A stretch of 64,000 bases of DNA from Malacoraja senta (Eukaryota). The translations under genes and the position numbers were made by a program. Position 1 is the stretch's first letter. Every line of letters starts with the position of its first letter. This document shows positions 1 through 11,200 of the stretch, piece after piece. Under the pieces are notes generated by a model. That model was not told the DNA's origin, searched no databases, and worked only from the letters and a program-made list of their open reading frames with translations. The stretch lies in NCBI GenBank assembly GCA_038087875.1, contig CM075990.1:9736001-9800000 (forward strand), written 5' to 3'.

Positions 1-1534
1 ATTTTTGAATTAGAAATTCAGAAATTCTTGATGAATGTTGGAATAAACATCCTAATACAGAAAAATTAATATCTTATATATATAATATTTTATTAGACAG
101 TGACATTCCATCGACGGACTTACACAGACAAACATGGGAAAAAGAATTAAATCAAATAATAACGAAAGATACTTGGGAAGAAAGTTTACAACACATACAT
201 CAATGTTCATTAAATGCCAGACATTCTTTAATACAATTTAAAGTAATACATAGGTTACATTATTCAAAAACAAAATTACATAAAATCTTTCAACATATCT
301 CACCTATATGTGATATATGTCAACATTTAGAAGCTAACTTATCTCATATGTTTGCAAACTGTATAAAAATTAAAAAATTCTGGGTAAATATTTTCAGTAT
401 AATATCTAAAGTGACCAGCACACAATTGGACCCGGATCCAAAATTAATAATACTCGGAACATTAGAATTAAATCAAACATTTACAACAACACAAAGAAAC
501 TTTATTGATTATAGTATAATAACGGGACAAAAATTAATTCTAAAATTTTGGAAAGGCCCTATAACCCCCACAATCAAAATGTGGATTATAGAAATGACGG
601 AGACCTTAAACGTGGAAAGAATCAGATTTTCCCTGTTGGACAAACAGGAATTATTTGTTGGAAGGTACACAAAAATGCTGGAGAAACTCAGCGGGTGCAG
701 CAGCATCTATGGAGCGAAGGAAATAGGTAACGTTTCGGGCCGAAACCCTTCTTCAGACTGATAGGGGGTGGGGAGAAGAAAGGAAAAAAGGAAAAGGAGG
801 AGGAGGAGCCCGAGGGTGGGGGGAGGGGAGGAGACAACCAGATGGCTGATGAAGGGGAGGGGACAGCCAGGGCTAGCAGAATTGGGAGAATTCAACGTTC
901 AGGCCACCAGGGTGTAGACTGCCCAAGCGGAATATGAGGTGCATTTCCTCCAATTTACGGTGTTGCTCGCTGTGGCCATGGAGGAGACCCAGGACAGAGA
1001 GGTCAGATACGGAATGGGAGGGGGAGTTGAAGTGCTGAGCCACCGGGAGTTCAGGTTGGTTATTGCGGACCGACCAGAGGTGTTCGGCGAAACGATCGCC
1101 AAGCCTCCGCTTGGTCTCACCGATGTTGGAACATGGTCTCCCTTTATTGATTATTTAAAGGGTCAGAATGGTTCAGCACAGGAACCTGACTAACACTCGG
1201 GCTAAAGAATGGATGAAATGTTATACTCTGAAATGTACGAATATATCTCGAACAAAGTTTTTTATCTTAATACATTTTTCTATTCTTCTTTAACTATCTT
1301 TTTCTTTTCTGTTTTCTTTTATTATTATTATTTTTTTTTTTTTCCTTTCTCTTTTCTTTCTTTACTTCATCTATCTTTTTAGTTCTATCTAGTTTAAAAA
1401 AAACAAAAAAAGGCAAAAGGTATTGGAGACAATGTAATAATAATTGACAATATTATCAATTTAAAAATGTAAGACTGGTAATGATGATAATATGTTGTGT
1501 ACTTATCTCCAATAAAAAATATTTTTAAAAAAAA
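1..1534 (+). mobile_element. L1/Tx1-type LINE 3' end (ORF2 C-terminus, 3' UTR, A-rich tail), interrupted at 664-1123
   Basis: Translates to CDICQHLEANLSHMFANC...FW...WK...ELFVG|TWSPFIDYLK, typical of the L1/Tx1 ORF2 cysteine-rich C-terminus; AATAAA and A-run at ~1511-1534. Confidence 0.75.
664..1123 (-). mobile_element. Penelope-like element 3' fragment (GIY-YIG C-terminus + terminal repeat) nested in the L1/Tx1
   Basis: Minus strand 873-1126 reads IGETKRRLGDRFAEHL...PVAQHFNSPSH...RKLEEMHLIFRLGSLHPGGLNVEF*; flanked by direct repeat TGTTGGAA (656-663, 1124-1131). Confidence 0.85.
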
Positions 1535-2090
1535 GAAGCTTCTTTCTTTGTTTATGTAATAGAGTGTGATGGGGGGTTGTTTATTCTGTTATTCTGAACT
1601 GAATATTTGATATTCAATGCAGGTATCCATTTATCAGATTTTGCAAATATTTGTGCTTTGTACTTTGTTAAGTAATTGTGAGCAGTAATCTTGCTTTATG
1701 ACAGAATGGATACAGCATTGTCATTTGGCTCGTTGAGGCTATACAATCCCAGTACAAATGCAATCCAGCTAGTCTAACATTAATCCGACATTACTGAGAA
1801 CATTGAATCACCTAAAGAGACTAGTAGATGTACACTAAATGTGTAACATAGAATGTTGCAATCGCATACTTAACATCGCCACATATTATAAATCAATATT
1901 TGCAGTTATGCACCTCAGAATTCACAACTGGTATAATGTAGTAAAATGGGTAGAATTTTTTTACATGAATCTTACTCAACATCATTGTGAAACCTTCTGC
2001 TTTTACTTTTGTGTGCTGTAATTCAGATTTGATTGCTCCATCTTCATCTGTGGAGAACCATCAGCATGTATAAAATTATACTTTTTACAG

Positions 2091-2204
2091 GAAAATATCC
2101 TCATGCGAATACACTTTCACATTGCTGATGAAACGAAGGAGGACATTTGCACAGCGAAGCACTGTATTCCACACCAGAAATTTGCTATGACTTTGTTTGA
2201 GCAG
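2091..2204 (+). CDS. USP54: USP54 exon (USP domain): [38 protein letters not shown]
   Basis: ttttacag|GAA ... CAG|gtaaga; 114 nt, phase 0/0. Confidence 0.93.
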
Positions 2205-5200
2205 GTAAGAATAATTTACTTTTTAGATTGGTAAAGTCAGATTTAAAAAATGTTTTCCACTACTTCTATGTTTTCAGCTTTCTTTTTGAGTCAAAATCAG
2301 TTTTCTCTACAATATCAGTTATGTTAGGTACTGAAGTTTATCTCTTAATGTTTTGCATTTTGTGAACAATTATTGGTGTTTATTAGGATAATCCAAAATA
2401 TTATAAATGTTCTTTCCTTTTCCCAGTTACTTCATTATCGGTTCGAAAGTTAATGTTAGAAACTATTATTAGAGATATGGAAGCAGAGAATATGAGAAAA
2501 ATTCAAGATAATCAGGTAGTCAACATGGTTTTGGGAATGGGACGTCCTGTTTGAACTTATTCATAGTGGAAGAATTAACACATTGGCGTGAGTAGAAAAC
2601 TAGTAATTGAAATGGGCAGGGTGCCTTCTGAGGAAAGGTGAGCACAGTAAGCTACTGTCTAGATTTTTGGAAAATCAAAAAAGGACATAAGATCCTGAGG
2701 GGTTTTGATTTGGGTGGATACAGAGAGGAGGCTTTGTCTTGTGAAGAATCTAGAACTAGGTTAAATGACCAAATAATCCAAGTATATTTAACTTTATGAC
2801 GTGCAATATTGGAATTTCACTTGAAAACCTGTTAATATGTTTGACTTGTCTGATGGCTGGCATGGAATATTTTTTTTCCTTGCAGTGTGTTTGTACCAGC
2901 TGTGGTGCAACATCTGACCCACTGCCTTTTATCCAGATGGTGAACTACATTTCTACAACGGCATTATGGTAAGCTATTGCTAAGATTCATTGTATTAAAC
3001 TTGTACCTTACAATAATAACTTTTGTGCACAAAGTAACATTAGTATATTGGAGGTAAATAAAAAGTGAGAAAGCTTATTATAAGAAGTACATTGTTCCCG
3101 TCATATGCTGGTGAATGAATCCGTGTACAATTTCACATTCTGAAACCAGAAACCTGCATTTTAAACACAAGTATAAACGAGAATGGAAATCAAACTATGT
3201 TGAGTTTGCGTTCATAAAACATGACCCTACTCATCAAATTGGGATCATAAACTTTTAAAGTGCTGTGGTTGCAGGAAAAATATTTTTTGCTGATGAGGAA
3301 TCCTATCTAATAATAAATGTTGCAGTATTTGTGGTATGTTTTGGCAGTCTATCTCAAAATCTTTAAACAGGGAGTGTCTTTGAAATGCTGACTTTGCTCT
3401 GTTTACTGCATCATGTACAATTAGTCTTAGATGCATGTTATGAATTTGCACAGTGGTGTGCTCTAAAATTGGCGACATTCTTCAAAGGGGAATACAGGCA
3501 AAGGTCATTGGAATTTGTGAAAAGACAGGACTCCTTGCACAAACTCATTTTGCCAGCAGGAACCTTACTTGTTTGCTTTATAAATAACCAATGATTTGGA
3601 TAAATGCTTGACATGTGAGTGGAAGGCTCAAGAGTTGTGATCACAATGTACTAAAGTTTTCAGCTATGCAAGAAGAGGGAATATTTTACGGCACAGACAC
3701 CAGACTGGAAAAGGACAGACTTGGGAATGTGGTGTGATGAGACATTGGTATAAAGGATTGTGCATCATTACTCAGATAATGGAAAAAGGATTGAAAAGTT
3801 GTAAAATAAGGAAACTAGGAATATAAGGAGGTCTATCACCCTTAAGCCACTAATAAAATCAATACTAACGGACAGTGAGTAAATAAAAGTTAAGAGAAAG
3901 TAGGAACTGGTAATTGCAGCTAAGGGTAAGAATGGAAAAGAATTGAATATTGAATGAAGAGTAAAATATTGTCGGCCATTAAACAATGAATACAGAACAA
4001 GATCATATAGTGGAAGGATTTAACACTGAAATGACATGATAAATCAAAATAAATTATTACAGAGCATAGTTAACCATCAAGTAAACAAAGTGGTGGACTG
4101 AGTGGGATTCATCAGCAATCCTGAAGAGGAAGTTGGAAAGTTGTAGCAAGTTCAGGGTTCTTAATGAATGTGAGCCAGAATGAGAAAAATATATTGACAC
4201 GCTGGCCCAGAAAATTACAGGCTAGTTGGCATAGATCCATGTTGGTTCATTTCAGATTATTTTCCATCATCTAAATTTGTACTTTGATAATTTTATCTTT
4301 AAAAAGATTCTAAAATATTCTCTTTGTGATAGAGAAATATTATTAAAAGTATTCGTACAAATTTAGATGAGGGGAAAAAATATCTGAAATGAACCAACCT
4401 CAATTTAAGAAAGGAAGATTTTGCTTTGCACATGTGATTGAGTTATTTGAGGTGATGAATGGGAAAAAATGTCACATGAATTACATGAACATTTAGACAA
4501 TGTACTAAATTAACGATCATTGATTGACAAATGGATGCATAATTTGGAGATAGTTAACAAATTAGATTAAAAACTAGCTATGAAGAAACACATGATTATA
4601 GTTAAGGATATCAATGTTCTGCTTGGGACTCTTCTATCGAAATAACTTCAGTGTAGGGCCAGAATATGTTTACTGATTGGTTTTAGGGATTTGGGCATTG
4701 GTGGCAAGGCCACCTGTTATTGCTCATCCTTAATTGTCCTCAAAGTTGGTGGTGGGCTCCTTCACCACCAACGAATAAAACTGATTGTTGCTTGATTGTT
4801 CCTAGAACTGCCACAATCCTTCGGTTGAAGTTGCTCTTGAGGTACTGTTTATTATTGTGTTCCAGACAGTGAAGAAATTGCAATGTATTTGCAAGTCAGG
4901 ATGGTGTGCAACTTGTGAGGGAACCTGTGAGCAGTGTTCTCATGTGCCTGCTGCCCTTGTTCTTCTTGATAATAGAACTTGTGGGTTTGGTGGGTGTTGT
5001 TCCTCTAGTTAGAGTGTGCTCAGTAAATTTTGTGGATGGTATGAAGAAGGACTACTTTGTGCTGGTGATGGAAGAAATAACCATTTAGGGCGATTTGATG
5101 GGATGCCCAACAAGGGAGCTGTTTTGACCTTGAGCATCTCAAGAGTTTTTGGAGTTGTTCTCATCCAAGCTGTTGGAGAGTATTTCCTTGTGTAACCAAC

Positions 5201-8200
5201 CATGACGTATTGCAGACGACTTTATTAAGGCTCACAAATGTACCCAAAACCTGTGTATAAAATCATGAGAGGAATAGATCAGGTAGATCAGAGTCTCTTG
5301 CCCATAGTAGGTGAATCGGGGACCAGAGGTTTAACGTGAAGGGAAAAGATTTAATAGGAATCTGAGAGGTAACTTTTTCACACAAAGGGTGGTGGGTGTA
5401 TGGAAGAAGCTGCCAAAGTTGAGGCAGGGAATATCCCTACATTTAAGAAACAGACAGGCACATGGATAGGACAGGTTTGGAGGGATATGGACCAAATGCG
5501 GGCAGGTGGGACTAGTGCAGCTGGGACATGTAGGCTGGTGTGGGCAAGTTGGGCCGATGGGCCTGTTTCCACACTGTATCACTCTATGACACTAAAACAT
5601 AAAATGGGGATATTGGAAAGGTGATGGAATGGTGAAAAATAAGTGGTGGACAGAATTCACTTTCAACAATTGGAATGTGTACATATTGATTAAAAAAATA
5701 CATATAATTAGAATTGTGCATGATGTGGAAGAGCTGTGAGATTTTAGTTTTGGATGACAAAACTAAAAAGCAGAGTATGTGATCTGGGTGCCAAATCTAA
5801 GATGTTTGAAAAATGGAGAGAGCACAATGCAGCTGACGGATGCTGTTTATATGACAAAATGCAAATGTAAAAAGACATGGATACTTGTGATTGATTGGGA
5901 TAGAACAGAGATTATAGGGTGATTTATCCAAGATGTTTAAATTTATGAAGAAATAGTACAAAAAAGATAAAAACAGATTATTTTCAGCGGTTGATTTGGA
6001 TAAAATGAGAGAGTCATAGATTTAAGATTAAATCCAGGGATTAAGAAATGGAACAGAATAAATATTTTATTTTACACAAGGATCAGAAGTCTGCGATTGA
6101 AGCAGTGTGCACTGGCATTACATAAGTGATTAAAAGGATATATAAATATAACTACCACACAGAATTTGGGCATACTGATTATAGAGTATATTTTCTTCAC
6201 TGCTTCTTTCAATATTAGTTCATACAATAACTAGCTTAGTTAGTTCGGCCCGTTGACCCTATGCTTCTCCCACAACCTTTTTGTTAATTGCAATGAGGCT
6301 TGTTGTCCACTTGCCCACAAGAATCACCCACCATATGTCACACCCTCAAACCCCTGCCCACTACAAGCACACCGAAAGCAGTGCACAATGAGCCTTCCCC
6401 ATTAGCAAGTCTCAGGCCCAATAGGATGTGATGGTGTCCTTCCCTCTCTCCTTCTTCCCTCTCTCCCTCTTCCCTCTCTCCCTCTTTCCTCCCGCTCTCT
6501 TCTCTCTCGCCCTCTCGTTCTTTTCTCTCTCGCCCTCACCTCCCTGCTTTTCTCTTCCTCTATTCCCGCCCAATCCGTCCCTTGCCTCTTATTCTCTGGC
6601 TGTATAACCAGGGTTGCACCTGCCTTAACTCCAATTGCTTCTTGAGTGTACCCTGATCCCAAAGGATCCCAATGCACGTTGTTTGACCCTCATCACCTAC
6701 CCAGGTTTTAATTGGAATAGAATAGCATTGTCTAATACATGATGAAGCTTAATCTCCCCATTTCAGGAAATAAATTTATTTACTTGTCAGCGTGTCTGCT
6801 GTCCTGCAGAGCCTTTGTTGCCTTTCATGGGAACCAATTCCAGTCTCTTTGTCTCTTTGTTTAGTAATCAAGCAATTCGAATGATGGAAAGACGTGAGAA
6901 ACCGACGCCTGACATGTTTGGAGAGCTTCTGCAGAATGCAAGCACAATGGGTGATCTTAGGAACTGTCCGGTATGTGTCAATTCACTCTTGTTTAACATT
7001 AGTTATGCTGTCTTAAATTCAAAGGAATTCTATACTTGGATGTCTGTACCTTAACGATGCAGGTGATAATAGTTCTAAATTCACCCTTCTCATCATGCTT
7101 CTATTTCCCAAAACTCCTACGATGCAAAGTAATTTTTTTAGTTCTGTGGATTATAGGATGAATAACAAGTCTGTGAGTGGTGGTTTCCTTCTGCAGAATT
7201 GATTGAAAATTAGTTGCTTGTCCTTTATGGTTGGTTGGACAGATCTGATCAAATCAGTGATCAAAATATTCCATTTTTCGCCCGGGGAAATTCAGTTCAA
7301 TGGTTCTGCACTGCAGAACGACATCCAGTTGATTAGCCTGCACCTTTAGTGTCTTACTTTTCTTTGCTTAAGAGCAAGATCATTTTTTAAGTACATGGGA
7401 CAAAAATGAACAAAGAATGTTTAAAAATAAAAATATGTCCAGAGAATTATTGTTTTGTAATATAGTTTAATCAATTTCAGATGATCTTGTTTGCTTGCAT
7501 CACAGTATCTTTGCTTTGTTACTGTGCTATTATAAAATCTGTTCAAAACTCAATTAAATGCAAGTAGGTGCTCCTTTGTGTTAAAACTGTCCAGCTCCAT
7601 GGTGATATTTGCTTCCATTGGAGGACAGAATGAGAATGTGAATAGAATCTCAATGACTGCAGTTGATTGTTGGGAGTGAAAAGTTCAGCCGTGGCTGCAA
7701 ACCATTTCCGTCTGCTGCTTGGACCAAAGTGGAAGAGTGATGATAAAAGAAATAGGACCTGACCTATTAATTTTGTTCAGTTTTACTGAGGTGGTTTCAG
7801 TATCCAAATGCAGTTTTAGTACTGGAAAATTATACATGTATTATCCTTGTGGGAAAAGTGTTGTTTTTTATTTACTTTTCAGTCTAATTTTAAACAATCT
7901 TTAAATAACTGGGGAGCTTCCTTTTTTGAATAAGATATTCATTATCAATTTTTCAAAAGTATTAAGATTTTTCTGAAATAACTTTGCAAACCATTTGAAA
8001 AATGTATTTAAAAGTGATCCTTTAAGTTTCAGATATCTCACTTGTTTTCTTTTCTCTCATTTCTGATATCTCTCTTACATTAAAAAAAATTGATGCTGGT
8101 CTGGGAGTCAGTTTGATACTAAATACACTTCAGACTAAAGTTTATATTCTGCTCGTCAGTGATCGGAATATTCCATTTTTGGCAGATACAGCGCAAAAAC

Positions 8201-11200
8201 AGGCCCTTTGGCCCACGAATTCCACGCCAGCCAGCGATCACCGTGTACACTAACCTGCACACACTAGGGCCCATTTTACAACTTACCGATGCCAATTAAC
8301 CTACAAACCTGTAAGTCTGGAAGGAATCCAGAGCACCTGGAGGAAACGCAGTCATAGGGAGAACGTACAGACAGCATCCGTAATCAGGATCGAACCCAGG
8401 TCTCTGGCACTATTAGGCAACAACTCTGCCGTTGCCCCACTGTGCCACCGACTTATGGCATATGATGGAGACCTTGCTTTAGATCATGCTAGCTGGGGGT
8501 GTCGGAAGATTTCTTGATATATATTTTTATGGACATTGAAAGAAATCCAAAATGTGTGAATAAATTTGCGGTTACCTAAGTGGATGCCAAACCCTGAAAA
8601 TTGTGTGAACATTAGAAAAATTGCAGATGCTGGAAATCTAAGCTAAAGCCAGAACATGCTGGAAATACTCAGTAGGTCAGGTTTCAGGTCAAAGCGCCTT
8701 CATTAGAACTCTCTTTCTCATTCCACCGGATGCTGCCTGACCTGCTGAATGTTTTTAGCATTTTCTGTTTATAAATGTGAAATTAGTGTTTTGCATTCAA
8801 TTGCTCCTAACTGCTAGTCAATAATTGCCATTAATTAATTAGAAAGGTTATTTAAAAAAGTCATGTCTATATCCATTTCCTGTTGAACATGTCTATGGCA
8901 TATCATGATGAACAATATCCTATCAATGTTTAAGAAGGAACTGCAGATGCTGGAAAATCAAAGGTAGACAAAAATACTGGAGAAACTCAGCGGGTGAGGC
9001 AGCATCTATGGAGCAAAGGAAATAGGCAACGTTTCGGGCCGAGACCCTTCTTCAGACTGAAGAAGGGTCTCGACCGCTGAGTTTCTCCAGCTTTTTGGCT
9101 AATATCCTATCAATGATCACAGTGACCAGATCTGTAGAAGTTGCAAATTTAGCTATTAAATGTTTCAGACTTAAAGTTGGAGCTCTTTTCCATTTTTTGC
9201 TCCGTTACAATGATAAACTTAAATCTACAAAATGTTGCGTTGGCTTTTAACACGCTGCATAAATCGCTAGCAAACAAAACATTGGGATAATATAAGATGG
9301 GCGGCCAGGAGATGTGCCAATACTGTGAGATGTGGGAATTTGTCGACACCATTGATGTAGATGGTGTAGATGATCCCTACAGCTGCAGTAAGTGTTTGAA
9401 GCTAGCAGAACTCGAGCTCCGCATTGATGAGCTGGAGACCCAACTTCATACGCTGCGGTGCATCAGGGAGGGGAGTATTACCTGGATGTTTTGTGCCAGG
9501 GGATGGTCACACCGACCAGTTTAACTAATTCAGTAGTTAGTGAGCAGGGAAAGGAAGGTGTGGCCATAAGCGAGGCAGGTAGGGGGAACCAGGAGGAGAT
9601 GCGGCAGGAGCCACAGCCCTTGTCCCTGACGAGCATGACCGAGGCTCTTACTCAATGTGAGGACGGGATCAGGGGCTGTGGGAGGGATGAGCAACCTGGC
9701 TGCAGCACCGTGGATCAGGGGGCCATTCAAGAGGGGGGAGTTAGAAGAAATGCCGTGGTGATAGGGGATAGTATTATTCGGGGGGTAGATAAGGTTCTCT
9801 GCGGCCAGCAGAACATGTCCCGAAGGCTGTGTTGCCTACCCGGTGCTAGGGTTAAGGATATCTCTGCGATGCTGGAGAGAAATTTGCAGAGTGAGGGGGA
9901 GGATCCAGTGGTCGTGGTCCATGTGGGGACCAATGACATAGGAAGGACGAGGAAGGAGGATCTGCTGAACGAGTTTGAGCAGTTAGGGAATAAATTAAAA
10001 AGCAGAACCTCGAGGGTACTGATCTCCGGATTGCTACCTGAGCCACGGGCCAAATCGGCGAGGGTACGAAAAGTTAAAAAGCTGAATGCGTGGCTCAAAG
10101 ACTGGTGTGGGAAAAATGGGTTTGGTTTCTTGGGCCACTGGCACCAGTACTGGGACAGGGGGGATCTGTTCTGTAAGGACGGACTTCACCTGAACGGTGC
10201 TGGGACTGGGGTCCTGGCAAATCATATAACTAGGGCAGTAGAGAGGTCTTTAAACTAAGTAGCGGGGGGGAGGTATCAAGGGGGGTAATAACGGCAGGGG
10301 TAGAGGAAATAGAGCAGGGTATCAGTGGGGAAACGGAAAATCAAAATGTGACAGGAGGATCCAGAATGTGTGAAGATAAAGCTCTAGATGTAAAAGGGGC
10401 AAAAACAGAAAGGAAGGGTAGTAAAAATCATCTGAAAGTGCTGTATCTAAATGCACGGAGTATTCGAAATAAGATAAATGAATTAACGGTGCAATTAAGT
10501 ACATATAGTTATGATATCGTGGCCATTACGGAGACATGGCTGCAAGGGGATCAGGATTGGGAGTTAAATATAGAGGGGTACTCGGGCCCTTTTAATAAGG
10601 GAGGGAATAACGGCAATAGAGAGGAAGGATATTGCGTTGAAGGATCAGGATAGTGAAACATCTTGGGTACAGATAGAGAATAACAAGGGGAAAAAAACAC
10701 TAGTGGGTGTAATTTATAGACCTCCAAATAGCTGTGACGCTGTTAGTCAGAACATAAATCTGCAAATAGTTGACGCATGTAAAAAGGGAACTGCTGTAAT
10801 CATGGGGGACTTCAATTTTCATATTAATTGGGCAAACCAAACTGGGCAGGGTAGACTAGAGGAAGAGTTTATAGAATGTATTAGAGACGGGTTCCTAGAA
10901 CAGTATGTCACAGAACCGACAAGGAGGGAGGCAATCTTGGATCTGGTCCTGTGTAATGAAGCAGGATTAATTAAAAATGTCATAGTTAGGGACTCGTTGG
11001 GAACAAGTGACCACAATATGGTCGAATTCCATATTCAAATAGAAGGGGAGCAGGTTGAAACTCAGGCTAGGGTACTGAGTCTAAATAAGGGGGATTATGA
11101 AGGTATGAGGACTGAGCTGATCAAAGTTGACTGGGATAGCAGACTCAAGAATAAGACGGTACATGAGCAGTGGTGTACGTTTAAGGATCTACTGTATAAC

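Noticed and set aside
6435..6560. Arg/Glu-rich minus-strand ORF 6402-6677
   Set aside because: Translation of a CT-rich simple repeat
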